Source: Brevibacterium luteolum
GTDB taxonomy: Bacteria > Actinomycetota > Actinomycetes > Actinomycetales > Brevibacteriaceae
Assembly (NCBI RefSeq): GCF_013004595.1
Contig: NZ_JABEMC010000001.1
Coordinates: 620,001 to 684,000, forward strand
Reading direction: 5' to 3'
DNA length: 64,000 bases
Positions 41,257-50,825 of the stretch are shown in pieces; position 1 is the stretch's first letter; each line of letters opens with the position of its first letter. The notes beneath the pieces were generated by a model. The model did no database searches. It was given only the letters and a program-made list of their open reading frames with translations, and was not told the DNA's origin. The position numbers and the translations under genes are program-made.

Positions 41257-42230
41257 CCTTCCGTTGTCGGCGTGGCGGTGGCAGGATCGGTGATGTCGAA
41301 GCGCAGCGTCTGCAGTTGCCCGAGCTGTGCGCGGGCTGAAGCTGACTGCCACAGGCTCGCCAGCCCCAAGCGCGGGGCCTGCACATCGTCACCGAAGAGC
41401 GGCTGGATCCGCGTGATGAGCGCATCCTCATAGGCGGCGCCGGCCGTCTCTGCTCCGGCGCTGGCCGGATCCGGGTCGATCTGCCAGGCCGGCCGATTCT
41501 CCGCTGCCGGGTGGCCGGCATCGGCCAGCCGCTCATTGGCCAGGTCGGCTGCGACATCGAGTTCGGTGATCCGGGTGCGCATCATCTGGCGGGCGGGCGC
41601 GTCAGCGGGGACGAGCACGGCGGTGCGCTCGTAGGCGTACGAGCCCTGATAGCAGGCCTCGGCGAAGGCGGTCAGCGCCTGCTGCTGCGGATCGGCGTCC
41701 TCGTCCTCGTCGGCCGGGGTATCGCTGCCGTCGCTCGGCGAGGCGTCGGCGTCGGTGTCCGGCCGGTCGGCCGGCACAGCGCGGATCGTCTCCAGCAGCG
41801 TCTCAGCCCGGTCATCGCCGGCCTGCTGCAGGTGCAGCACCGCACCGACAGCGACATCGGCCAGCACCGCGCGCATCGAGTCGAGGTCATCGAAGCGGGT
41901 CACGATCGCCTCGGCGGCGGCATGCAGCCCGTCGGCATAGGTATAGGAATCCGCGCCCGAGGTGGGGGTCGGGGTGACGAGTTCTCTCGGCGGCGCCCAC
42001 TCGGGCCCGACCGCCGCAGCCAGGGTGTCCACGACCTCGGCGTCGGTGCCATCAGCCTCGGTGCGGGCGAGGATCCGGGCGACGGTGTTGCGCACCTCAT
42101 CAGCGGTCGAGAGCGCAGGGACCTCCGGGTCGCGGTCGAGGCGCAGGCCGCAGCCGGAGAGCGCGAGCACCAGCGCTGCCGCCCCGCCGATGAGCGTCCG
42201 GCGGCTGATCCTCTTCCCCTGCAATGCCAT
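41253..42230 (-). CDS. Tat-exported lipoprotein, ferritin-like/DUF4439-type
   Basis: SRRTL twin-arginine motif plus LSGC lipobox; YAYE motif; divergent from rimP. Confidence 0.7.
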   Translation of the reverse strand: MALQGKRISRRTLIGGAAALVLALSGCGLRLDRDPEVPALSTADEVRNTVARILARTEADGTDAEVVDTLAAAVGPEWAPPRELVTPTPTSGADSYTYADGLHAAAEAIVTRFDDLDSMRAVLADVAVGAVLHLQQAGDDRAETLLETIRAVPADRPDTDADASPSDGSDTPADEDEDADPQQQALTAFAEACYQGSYAYERTAVLVPADAPARQMMRTRITELDVAADLANERLADAGHPAAENRPAWQIDPDPASAGAETAGAAYEDALITRIQPLFGDDVQAPRLGLASLWQSASARAQLGQLQTLRFDITDPATATPTTEG

Positions 42231-42331
42231 GCTGACAATCCTAACGGCATGGACCTCCCCGCCGGCCCACCGCGTGCGGCCCGTCGGCAAAGGTCAGCCC
42301 ATGTTCAGAGACCGCCCGTAGGGTGTGGGAC

Positions 42332-42805
42332 ATGGACAAGCACACAGCCCCCGTCAGGGACGCCATCGTCGAACCGCTGGCCGCCCGCGGCATCGTCGTC
42401 GAGGACATCACCGCCCATGTCGCCGGCCGCTTCCGCACGCTGACCGTCGTCATCGACCTCGACGGCACGACCACCGATCCGGTCTCGCTTGACCACATCA
42501 CCGAGGCCACCCGCATCATCTCCGAGACCATCGACGACCTGCCGCTGTTCAACGACCACGCCTACGACCTGCAGGTCACCTCGCCGGGCGCGACTCGCCC
42601 GCTGCGCGAGATCCGTCACTTCCAGCGTGTGATCGGCCGCACCCTGGCCGTGCGCACTACTTCGGACGAGGAGTTCGAAGGCGTGCTGCTGACCGTCAGC
42701 GATGGTGACGCTCCCGAGGCGGCCTTCCGGCTTGCCGACGGATCGGAACGGGCCCTGACGCTTGCCGGGATCGCCCACGCCGAGGCGGTCCTCCAGTTCA
42801 AATAG
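42332..42805 (+). CDS. rimP: Ribosome maturation factor RimP
   Basis: SLDHITEATRIISETID, YDLQVTSPGATRPL, HFQRVIGR. Confidence 0.93.
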   Translation: MDKHTAPVRDAIVEPLAARGIVVEDITAHVAGRFRTLTVVIDLDGTTTDPVSLDHITEATRIISETIDDLPLFNDHAYDLQVTSPGATRPLREIRHFQRVIGRTLAVRTTSDEEFEGVLLTVSDGDAPEAAFRLADGSERALTLAGIAHAEAVLQFK

Positions 42806-42960
42806 GCTCGCGCCTCGGCCCTGGGCAGGCGGCAGCAGACGACGATCGGATGCTTCCCTGGCCCAGGCAACTCCGCTAGGCTCAAGGGCACATCGCCCAT
42901 ACCGACAACTCAACAGCCGGCACGACCCGCACGGGTCCTGGTGCCGAGAAGGACTCAGCA

Positions 42961-43944
42961 ATGGACATCGACCTCTCAGCGCTCCGTCTGATCGAGCACG
43001 AAAGGGAGATCCCGTTCGAAACGCTCGTCGAGCTCATCGAGCAGGCCCTCCTGACCGCCTACCAGCGCACTGAGGGCGCCTACCCGGACGCCCGTGCGGA
43101 ACTCGACACCAAGACCGGCACCGCCACCATCTGGGCGGTGGAGTTCGACAACGACGACAACCCGATCGGCGAGTTCGACGACACGCCTGACGGATTCGGG
43201 CGGATCGCGGCGATGACCGCACGCAACATCATCCACCAGCGGCTGCGCGACGTTGAGGACGCCTCGGTGCTGGGGACCTTCAAGAACCGCGAAGGCGAGA
43301 TCGTCTCCGGGCTCATCCAGCAGGGCCGCGATGAGCACATGATCCAGGTCGACCTCGGCGAGGTCGAGGCCGTGCTGCCGCCGCACGAACAGGTGCCCGG
43401 CGAGGAATACAGCCACGGCAACCGGATCCGCGTCTACGTCACCGATGTGCACAAGGGCCTCAAAGGGCCCTCGATCACGGTGTCGCGCTCGCACCCGAAC
43501 CTCGTGCGCAAGCTGTTTGCGCATGAGTCCCCGGAGATCGCCGACGGCACCGTCGAGATCGTCTCGCTCTCCCGCGAGGCCGGCCACCGCACGAAGATGG
43601 CCGTGCGGGCCACGGTGCCCGGTGTCAACGCCAAGGGCGCGTGCATCGGCGAGCTCGGCTCCCGGGTGCGTGCGGTGATGGCCGAGCTGGGGGAGGAGAA
43701 GATCGACATCGTCGACTACTCCGACTCGCCGGCGAAGTTCGTCGCCAACGCGCTCTCCCCAGCACGGGCGATGCGCGTCGATGTGCTCAACGAAGCCCAG
43801 AAGCTCGCTCGCGCCGTCGTCCCGGCCGACCAGCTGTCGCTGGCGATCGGCAAGGAGGGGCAGAACGCCCGCCTGGCCGCCAAGCTCACCGGTTGGAAGA
43901 TCGACATCGTCACCCCCGAGGACGACGCCGCCGGCGAGGGCTGA
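42961..43944 (+). CDS. nusA: Transcription factor NusA
   Basis: MDIDLSAL, FGRIAA, SRSHP, REAGHRTK, LSLAIGKEGQNARLAAKLTGW. Confidence 0.99.
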   Translation: MDIDLSALRLIEHEREIPFETLVELIEQALLTAYQRTEGAYPDARAELDTKTGTATIWAVEFDNDDNPIGEFDDTPDGFGRIAAMTARNIIHQRLRDVEDASVLGTFKNREGEIVSGLIQQGRDEHMIQVDLGEVEAVLPPHEQVPGEEYSHGNRIRVYVTDVHKGLKGPSITVSRSHPNLVRKLFAHESPEIADGTVEIVSLSREAGHRTKMAVRATVPGVNAKGACIGELGSRVRAVMAELGEEKIDIVDYSDSPAKFVANALSPARAMRVDVLNEAQKLARAVVPADQLSLAIGKEGQNARLAAKLTGWKIDIVTPEDDAAGEG

Positions 43945-43983
43945 GTGACGGCAGCGCCTGCGGGCAGTGTTAGACTGGCAGAC

Positions 43984-44262
43984 GTGGTATGTGCTGGTGA
44001 ACCTCTGCGCATGTGTCTGGCATGCCGGAAGCGGGAGCCGATGAGTCGGCTCGTCAGGCTCGCAGTGGTTGACGAGAGCACACCGCACATTGCGGTTGAC
44101 GCCCAGCGCAGGCTGCCCGGAAGGGGAGCCTGGATCCATCCCGATCAGCGCTGCGTCGACTCAGCAGTGAAGAGAAGCGCGTTCAGGCGAGCGCTGCGCA
44201 CCCAGGCCCCGGCCGGTGCACAGCTGCTCGATGACATCCGTCGGATTACGGAAAGCAGATGA
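43984..44262 (+). CDS. ylxR: YlxR/RnpM (DUF448) family RNA-binding protein
   Basis: PLRMCLACR, LVRL, PGRGAWIH, C..SA.KR.AF.RALR; GTG 43984 lies 7 nt after TAGACT. Confidence 0.9.
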   Translation: MVCAGEPLRMCLACRKREPMSRLVRLAVVDESTPHIAVDAQRRLPGRGAWIHPDQRCVDSAVKRSAFRRALRTQAPAGAQLLDDIRRITESR

Positions 44263-44353
44263 ACCGAATGGAAACCCAGCAGTGAGTGCTCAGAAATGAC
44301 ACCCGACGCATACGGTCGTGAGCAGTGAAATGAGAACTGTTCACTCACGATGA
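44259..44353 (+). promoter_or_regulatory. Chain of five start-stop-overlapping mini-ORFs upstream of infB
   Basis: RTGA overlaps at 44259, 44282, 44296, 44325, 44330 and 44350; peptides MNRMETQQ, MSAQK, MTPDAYGREQ, MK, MRTVHSR. Confidence 0.7.
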
Positions 44354-44389
44354 GGTTCCTTCCTGTCCGGGAAGGAACCCGGACAGGAG
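44354..44389 (+). promoter_or_regulatory. Two mutually exclusive hairpins at the infB ribosome-binding site
   Basis: 44354-44363 pairs with 44370-44379 (10 bp); 44361-44371 pairs with 44378-44388 (11 bp, covers the AGGA of the SD). Confidence 0.65.
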
Positions 44390-44393
44390 AAAA

Positions 44394-47150
44394 GTGGCAA
44401 AGCCCCGTGTCCATGAGCTCGCGAAGGAGCTCGGCACAACAAGCAAAGACGTGCTGGCGAAGCTGCAGGAGATGGGCGAATTCGTCCGCACTGCATCCTC
44501 GACAGTCGAAGCACCGGTGGTGCGCAAGCTGAAGGAAGCCTACGGCGATTCCGGCAGCGCAGGTGCGAAGAAGGACAAGGCTGCACAGAAGCCTGCCGCC
44601 CCGAAGCCGGGCGCGAAGTCCGCCCCCAAGCCCGGAGCCTCCGGCAGCGCCAAGCCTGCCGGCCCGGCAGCCGAGGAGAAGAAGGCAGCTGCCCCGAAGC
44701 CGGCCGCCAAGCCCGGCCAGTCAGCCCCGATGCCGGGCGCGCAGCCCGCTCCCAAGCCGGCCCCCAGGCCCGGTGCTGCCGGAGCCAAGCCCGGACCGCG
44801 CCCCGGAGGCGTTCGCGGCGGCGCACGCCCTGGCAACAACCCGTTCGCACCCTCGCAGGGGATGCCCAAGCCCGGACCGCGCCCTGGTGGCGGCGGCCGC
44901 GGCGGTGCACGTCCTGGCAACAACCCGTTCGCGCCCTCGCAGGGGATGCCCAAGCCCGGACCGCGCCCCGGTGGCAGCGGCGACGCCGCCCGCACCGGCG
45001 GTGGCCCGAAGCCGCGCGGCGGCAAGCCAACCCCGCGTCCGGGCGCACCGCGCCCGAACCCGGCGATGCTGAAGAACTCCGCCCTGGCCAAGCCCGCGCC
45101 TTCGCGCGGCGGCGGCCGGGGACCCGGCGGCCCGGGCGGCCCCGGCGGCGGTCCCGGTGGACCTCCGCGCGGCGGACGTCCGGGTGGTCCGCGCGGCTCC
45201 GGTCGCGGTCGCGGCGCCACCCAGGGTGCCTTCGGCCGCGGCGGCGGTCGTGCACGGAACAAGAAGTCCAAGCGCGCAAAGCGCCAGGAGATGGAGCAGA
45301 TGCAGGCTCCGTCGATCGGCGGCGTCACCGTTCCGCGCGGCGACGGCAGCACCCCGCTGCGCCTGCGCCGCGGATCCTCGCTGGCCGACTTCGCCGAGAA
45401 GATCAACACCGATCCGACGAACCTCGTCACGGTGCTCTTCCACCTCGGTGAGATGGCCACGATCACCCAGTCGCTGGACGAGGAGACCTTCCAGATCCTC
45501 GGCGAGGAGCTCGGCTACAAGATTCAGATCGTCTCGCCTGAGGACGAGGACCGCGAGCTGCTCGAGAGCTTCGACATCGACCTCGAGGCCGAAGCCGAGG
45601 CTGAGGACGATGAGGATCTGCAGGCCCGTCCGCCGGTCGTGACCGTCATGGGTCACGTCGATCACGGTAAGACGAAGCTGCTTGATGCGATCCGCTCGGC
45701 TGACGTCACAGCCAAGGAGGCCGGCGGCATCACCCAGCACATCGGCGCCTACCAGGTGTCGATGGAGCACGAGGGCGAGAACCGCCGCATCACCTTCCTC
45801 GACACCCCCGGTCACGAGGCGTTCACCGCCATGCGTGCCCGCGGTGCCAAGGCCACCGACGTCGCGATCCTCGTCGTCGCTGCCGATGACGGTGTCATGC
45901 CGCAGACCATTGAGGCGCTCAACCACGCCCAGGCTGCCGGTGTGCCGGTCGTCGTGGCGGTCAACAAGATCGATAAGGACACCGCGAACCCGCAGAAGGT
46001 CATGTCGCAGTTGACCGAATACGATCTCATCGCCGAGGAGTTCGGCGGCGAGACGATGTTCGTGCCGATCTCGGCGCTGCAGCGCAAGGGCATCGACGAC
46101 CTGCTCGAGGCCGTGCTGCTGACCACTGATGCGGCACTGGACCTCAAGGCCAACCCGGACAAGTCCGCCCGCGGCATCGCCATCGAAGCCAAGCTCGACA
46201 AGGGCCGCGGTGCCGTTGCCACCGTGCTCGTCGAGTCCGGCACCCTCAAGCAGGGCGATGCGATTGTCTGCGGCACTGCCTACGGTCGTGTGCGTGCGCT
46301 GTTCGACGAGAACGGCCAGTCGGTCGAAGAGGCCGGACCCTCGCGTCCGGTGCAGGTGCTGGGACTGTCATCGGTGCCGCGCGCCGGTGACACGTTCCTG
46401 GCCACCGATGACGACCGCACTGCCCGCCAGATCGCGGAGAAGCGCGATGCCATCGAACGCAATGCCGCTCAGGCACGCGGACGCAAGCGCATCAGCCTCG
46501 AGGACTTCACCAAGGCGCTCGAAGAGGGCAAGGTCGACATGCTCAACCTCATCCTCAAGGGCGACGTCTCCGGTGCAGTCGAAGCACTCGAGGATTCGCT
46601 GCTCAAGATCGATGTGGGCGAGGAAGTCGACCTGCGGATCATCCACCGCGGCGTCGGTGCGATCACCGAGAACGACATCAACCTCGCCACCGTCGACAAC
46701 GCGATCGTCATCGGCTTCAACGTCCGGCCCGAAGCCAAGGCCCGCGACCTGGCGGAGTCCGAGGGCGTCGATGTCCGGTACTACTCGGTCATCTACGACG
46801 CGATCGACGACATCGAGAACTCGCTCAAGGGCATGCTCAAGCCCGAGTTCGAGGAAGTCCACACCGGTTCGGCCGAGATCCGCGAAGTGTTCCGCTCCTC
46901 GAAGTGGGGCAACATCGCCGGCTGCATGGTCAAGGACGGCGTCATCAAGCGCAACTCCAAGGCCCGCATCACCCGCGATGGAGTCGTCGTCGGCGACAAC
47001 CTCACAGTGGAGTCGCTGCGCCGCTTCAAGGACGACGCCACCGAGGTCCGCGAGGGCTTCGAGTGCGGTGTCGGACTCGGCAGCTTCAACGACATCCGCG
47101 AAGGCGACCTCATCGAGACCTTCGAGATGCAGGAGAAGCCGCGCGACTGA
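44394..47150 (+). CDS. infB: Translation initiation factor IF-2
   Basis: [34 protein letters not shown]. Confidence 0.99.
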   Translation: MAKPRVHELAKELGTTSKDVLAKLQEMGEFVRTASSTVEAPVVRKLKEAYGDSGSAGAKKDKAAQKPAAPKPGAKSAPKPGASGSAKPAGPAAEEKKAAAPKPAAKPGQSAPMPGAQPAPKPAPRPGAAGAKPGPRPGGVRGGARPGNNPFAPSQGMPKPGPRPGGGGRGGARPGNNPFAPSQGMPKPGPRPGGSGDAARTGGGPKPRGGKPTPRPGAPRPNPAMLKNSALAKPAPSRGGGRGPGGPGGPGGGPGGPPRGGRPGGPRGSGRGRGATQGAFGRGGGRARNKKSKRAKRQEMEQMQAPSIGGVTVPRGDGSTPLRLRRGSSLADFAEKINTDPTNLVTVLFHLGEMATITQSLDEETFQILGEELGYKIQIVSPEDEDRELLESFDIDLEAEAEAEDDEDLQARPPVVTVMGHVDHGKTKLLDAIRSADVTAKEAGGITQHIGAYQVSMEHEGENRRITFLDTPGHEAFTAMRARGAKATDVAILVVAADDGVMPQTIEALNHAQAAGVPVVVAVNKIDKDTANPQKVMSQLTEYDLIAEEFGGETMFVPISALQRKGIDDLLEAVLLTTDAALDLKANPDKSARGIAIEAKLDKGRGAVATVLVESGTLKQGDAIVCGTAYGRVRALFDENGQSVEEAGPSRPVQVLGLSSVPRAGDTFLATDDDRTARQIAEKRDAIERNAAQARGRKRISLEDFTKALEEGKVDMLNLILKGDVSGAVEALEDSLLKIDVGEEVDLRIIHRGVGAITENDINLATVDNAIVIGFNVRPEAKARDLAESEGVDVRYYSVIYDAIDDIENSLKGMLKPEFEEVHTGSAEIREVFRSSKWGNIAGCMVKDGVIKRNSKARITRDGVVVGDNLTVESLRRFKDDATEVREGFECGVGLGSFNDIREGDLIETFEMQEKPRD
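44785..44975 (+). repeat. Tandem 81/84-bp coding repeat (about 2.3 copies) in the IF2 N-domain
   Basis: Units start at 44785, 44866 and 44950, encoding [26 protein letters not shown]. Confidence 0.85.
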
Positions 47151-47167
47151 CGCGACAGCATGACTGC

Positions 47168-47202
47168 CCGGCGCCTGCCCGTGACCTGCGGGCAGGCGCC
47201 GG
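47168..47202 (+). other. 14-bp perfect hairpin between infB and rbfA
   Basis: CCGGCGCCTGCCCG / CGGGCAGGCGCCGG. Confidence 0.7.
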
Positions 47203-47243
47203 TTCCACCGAAGAGGCCCGGCACACGAAGAGAAGGAACCACC

Positions 47244-47684
47244 ATGGCTGATGCCACCCGCGCCAGGAAGATCGCCGACCGCATCAAGGTCATCGTCGCG
47301 CAGACGCTCGAGAAGCGTATCAAGGACCCGCGCCTGGGCTTTGTCACCGTCACCGACGTCCGCGTCACCGGCGACCTGCAGCACGCCTCGATCTTCTACA
47401 CCGTCTACGGTGACGAGGATCAGCTCGTCTCCACGCAGGCAGCGCTGAATTCGGCCAAGGGGCTGATCCGCTCCGAGGTCGGCAAGGGACTGCAGATCCG
47501 GCTGACCCCGTCGCTGGAGTTCATCGCCGACTCGGTGCCGGCCGCAGCAGCCGAGCTCGAAGAGCTGCTCGCCCAGGCGGCAGCCCGCGATGCCGAGGTC
47601 GCAGCACTTGCCAAGGACGCCGCCCCGGCAGGGGAGGCCGATCCGTACCGCAAGCCGCACGAGGACGACGAGTCCCGCGACTGA
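47244..47684 (+). CDS. rbfA: Ribosome-binding factor A
   Basis: [29 protein letters not shown]. Confidence 0.98.
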   Translation: MADATRARKIADRIKVIVAQTLEKRIKDPRLGFVTVTDVRVTGDLQHASIFYTVYGDEDQLVSTQAALNSAKGLIRSEVGKGLQIRLTPSLEFIADSVPAAAAELEELLAQAAARDAEVAALAKDAAPAGEADPYRKPHEDDESRD

Positions 47685-47736
47685 GGCACCGGTCAGCATG
47701 ACTGACTGCGCGCCGAGCAAACAGAACTGAACAGCT

Positions 47737-47772
47737 GCAGGCAGGCACTGGAACCCCTCCGGTGCCTGCCTG
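47737..47772 (+). terminator. Terminator-like hairpin after rbfA
   Basis: CAGGCAGGCACTGGA / TCCGGTGCCTGCCTG. Confidence 0.65.
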
Positions 47773-47826
47773 ACTGTCTGCACGAGACACACCTGTGTCA
47801 CCGGAACCAGGGGAGGAGCAGCCTGC

Positions 47827-48627
47827 ATGGACTTGCTGATGAACACCGGTAGCATCGACGTGACGATGACTCTCGTGATGCTGCTCCTGGCCGCCGGCCT
47901 GCTCGCCGGATGGATCGACGCCGTCGTCGGCGGCGGAGGCCTCATCCAGCTGCCGGCCCTGCTCATGATCCCCGGCATCACCCCAGTCCAGGCGCTGGCG
48001 ACGAACAAGGTCGGGTCCATCGCCGGGACCACCGCATCGGCACTGACCTATCTTTCCCGGGTCAGACCGGACAAGTCAGCGACGATCCCCGCCTCGGTCA
48101 CCGCGCTCCTCGGGGCGATCCTCGGCGCCCGCGTCGCCACCCTGCTGCCGACGGCCGTGTTCGAACCCGTGATCCTCACTGCGCTTGTCGCCGTGGCCGT
48201 CTTCACCATGCTCAAACCCCAGCTCGGTCTGGTCGCCCAGCTGCGCTTCGGCGAGCACTCCAAACGACACCACGCGATCTCCTGGCTCATCGGACTGCTC
48301 ATCGGGTTCTACGACGGTCTGCTCGGCCCGGGCACCGGCTCCTTCCTCGTCATCGCCTTCGTCTCCATCATCGGCTTCGACTTCCTCCACGCCTCGGCCA
48401 TGGCGAAGATCGTCAACTGGGCGACCAACCTCGGGGCGCTGCTGTACTTCGTCCCCAACGGCCACGTCATCTGGGCACTCGGGTTGGCAGTGGCGACCGG
48501 CAACGTCGTCGGCGGGTTCATCGGCGCCCGCACCGCGATCCGGCTCGGCAGCGGGTTCGTGCGCGTCGTGTTCCTCGTCGTCGTCACCGCGCTCATCCTC
48601 AAACTCGGGTTCGACTTCCTCTTCTGA
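47827..48627 (+). CDS. TSUP (TauE/SafE) family transporter
   Basis: AGWIDAVVGGGGLIQLP, ATNK, GFYDGLLGPGTGSF. Confidence 0.92.
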   Translation: MDLLMNTGSIDVTMTLVMLLLAAGLLAGWIDAVVGGGGLIQLPALLMIPGITPVQALATNKVGSIAGTTASALTYLSRVRPDKSATIPASVTALLGAILGARVATLLPTAVFEPVILTALVAVAVFTMLKPQLGLVAQLRFGEHSKRHHAISWLIGLLIGFYDGLLGPGTGSFLVIAFVSIIGFDFLHASAMAKIVNWATNLGALLYFVPNGHVIWALGLAVATGNVVGGFIGARTAIRLGSGFVRVVFLVVVTALILKLGFDFLF

Positions 48628-48688
48628 CACCGCGTTAACCCTGGTGAGCGGCAGTCCTGCCGGCTGGTGGAAACGTCCGGTGCCGAGG

Positions 48689-48790
48689 TGTGACAGAGCT
48701 CGCAGAGATGGGCTTCCGTCATTGTTTTGTTATCGCCTGGGATGCCGTTACACTTTTACGAGATCACAGAACGATTACAGCTTTGTTAAG
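48689..48790 (+). promoter_or_regulatory. Candidate CRP/GlxR site plus OmpR-family-like direct repeats
   Basis: TGTGA-cagagc-TCGCA at 48689-48704; GATCACA/GATTACA 11 bp apart in an AT-rich stretch. Confidence 0.5.
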
Positions 48791-48801
48791 GGATAGTCGA
48801 A

Positions 48802-49695
48802 TTGGGTAAGCACTCTGATCCGAACCAGTCGTCCTGGGCCTCCAGCGCCCGCACGCTCGTCCGCGATCTCAGCCGCCTCGGACGCTCCGGCAGCGGACGG
48901 CACTCTGCCGAGCATGCCTCGACGGCCACCGGCGTCATCAAGACCATCAAGCGCAAGCCGATGGTGGCCGCCATCGCCATTCCGGCCGCTGCCACCACTG
49001 CGATCGTCGCCTCCTCCTTCGCGCTCGGACCCAACAGCGAGTCCGGCGTCGTCAAGACCGAGCAGCAGGCAGCCTCCTCGCCGGAGCCCGAAGAGGACAT
49101 CAGTCTCGTTGACGAAGACGCGCTCAACCAGCAGCGCGAGGAAGCCGCCAAGGCCTACGAAGAGGGTCTGAAGGACAACAAGGACTACCAGAGCAAGTCC
49201 GGTGCCGTCAGCGCAACCACCCCGAAGCCGAAGCCGGAGCCGAAGTCGGCCGCCGCGCCGAGCAGCTCCTCGAAGTCGACGACCCAGCGCGGCGGCGATG
49301 ACACCGCCTCCCGCTCCAAGGGACGCGACACCAACGTCTCCTACGAAGCCTGCAGCGTGTCCTCGAGCATCGAATCCGGTCTGCAGCCGGCGGCCGTCAA
49401 CGGCTACCGTGCGATCTGCGCGAACTTCCCCGAGGTCAAGACCTACGGTGGACACCGCAACCAGGCCGGCTCGGACCACAACAGCGGCATGGCCGTCGAC
49501 GCGATGATCCGCGGTTCGGTCGGCGACCAGATCACGAAGTTCCTCATCGACAACCGCCAGGAGCTCAACGTCAAGTACGTCATCTGGGAGCAGAAGTACT
49601 ACGCTTCGACCAACGGCTGGAAGGGCAAGCCGATGGAGAACCGCGGCGGCGACACCGCCAACCACTACGACCACGTGCACGTGTCCTTCAAGTGA
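48802..49695 (+). CDS. Membrane-anchored secreted protein with C-terminal LAS-type metallopeptidase-like domain
   Basis: GKHS/GRHS N-terminus, TM, coiled/PK linker, SDHNSGMAVD, YVIW, NHYDHVHVSF; TTG start. Confidence 0.75.
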   Translation: MGKHSDPNQSSWASSARTLVRDLSRLGRSGSGRHSAEHASTATGVIKTIKRKPMVAAIAIPAAATTAIVASSFALGPNSESGVVKTEQQAASSPEPEEDISLVDEDALNQQREEAAKAYEEGLKDNKDYQSKSGAVSATTPKPKPEPKSAAAPSSSSKSTTQRGGDDTASRSKGRDTNVSYEACSVSSSIESGLQPAAVNGYRAICANFPEVKTYGGHRNQAGSDHNSGMAVDAMIRGSVGDQITKFLIDNRQELNVKYVIWEQKYYASTNGWKGKPMENRGGDTANHYDHVHVSFK

Positions 49696-49769
49696 CGTGA
49701 CCGGCGGGCCGCCCACCCGCACCCGACTCTCCCACAGCAGGCTCAAGCGCTAGGCTTGAGCCTGCTGTC

Positions 49770-50738
49770 ATGTCCGCCGAGCGACCGGAGACACCCTTCA
49801 TGGCCAAGCGCACCGACTCGCCGGTCAACGGCATCCTCATCATCGACAAGCCCACCGGCATGTCCTCCCATGCCGTGGTCTCCCGGCTGCGCCGCTGGTA
49901 CGGCACCCGGCGGGTCGGCCACGCCGGCACGCTCGACCCGATGGCCACCGGGGTGCTCGTGGCAGGCCTGGGCCGCGGCACCAAGCTGCTGACCTACCTC
50001 ATCGGACTCGACAAGACCTACACCGCCACCATCCGGCTCGGCGCCTCCACCCCATCCGATGACGCCGACTCAGCAGCCGACCGGTTCGCCGACCCTGCCG
50101 CCCTGGCCGCCGTCACCGACGAGCAGATCCACGCCGGCGTCGACTCGATGCGCGGGCCGATCGAACAGGTGCCCAGCGCCGTCTCGGCGATCAAGGTCGA
50201 CGGCAAACGCGCCTACCAGCTCGTCCGCGCCGGTACCGACGTGCAGCTCGCAGCCCGGCCGGTGACGATCACCGGCTTCGACATCCACGACATCCGCCGG
50301 CACCTCGACACCGACCCGCCGGCCATCGACCTCGACGTCACCGTCTCCTGCACCTCGGGCACCTACATCCGGGCACTGGCCCGCGACCTCGGCGCAGGCC
50401 TCGGTGTCTACGGCCACCTCACCGCACTGCGCCGCACCCACGTCGGTCCCTTCGAACTGCCCGGCCACCAGCTGCCAGACGACCTCACCACTCCCGAGGC
50501 GGTGCAGCCTCCCGTACCGATCGACCTCGCCACCGCTGCCGCGCAGGTCCTGCCGGTGCGCGATCTCACAGCCGAGGAGTCACGAGCCCTGCTCAGCGGC
50601 CAGTTCATCGACCCGGCCACCGCCTCGGGACCGGGGCCCTGGGCCGGCATCTGCTCCGGTGAGCTCATCGCCGTCATCGAACGCCGCGGCGAGAAGCTCA
50701 AGACCGCCGCCGGCATCGCCCAGCAGCCCCCGGCATGA
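49770..50738 (+). CDS. truB: tRNA pseudouridine(55) synthase
   Basis: DKPTG, VGHAGTLDPMATG, SAIKVDG, SGTYIRALARD. Confidence 0.98.
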   Translation: MSAERPETPFMAKRTDSPVNGILIIDKPTGMSSHAVVSRLRRWYGTRRVGHAGTLDPMATGVLVAGLGRGTKLLTYLIGLDKTYTATIRLGASTPSDDADSAADRFADPAALAAVTDEQIHAGVDSMRGPIEQVPSAVSAIKVDGKRAYQLVRAGTDVQLAARPVTITGFDIHDIRRHLDTDPPAIDLDVTVSCTSGTYIRALARDLGAGLGVYGHLTALRRTHVGPFELPGHQLPDDLTTPEAVQPPVPIDLATAAAQVLPVRDLTAEESRALLSGQFIDPATASGPGPWAGICSGELIAVIERRGEKLKTAAGIAQQPPA

Positions 50739-50825
50739 GCAGAGCAGGGCTGAGCGTGCGGTAACGTTGTGGCGGTATTCGACACCAGCGATATGAGACC
50801 AGCGACGCCTGGGAAGGGGCGAGAA

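Noticed and set aside
44785..45250. Repeats in infB as a CRISPR-like or mobile repeat
   Set aside because: In-frame Pro/Gly-rich coding repeats typical of the actinobacterial IF2 N-domain; no spacers
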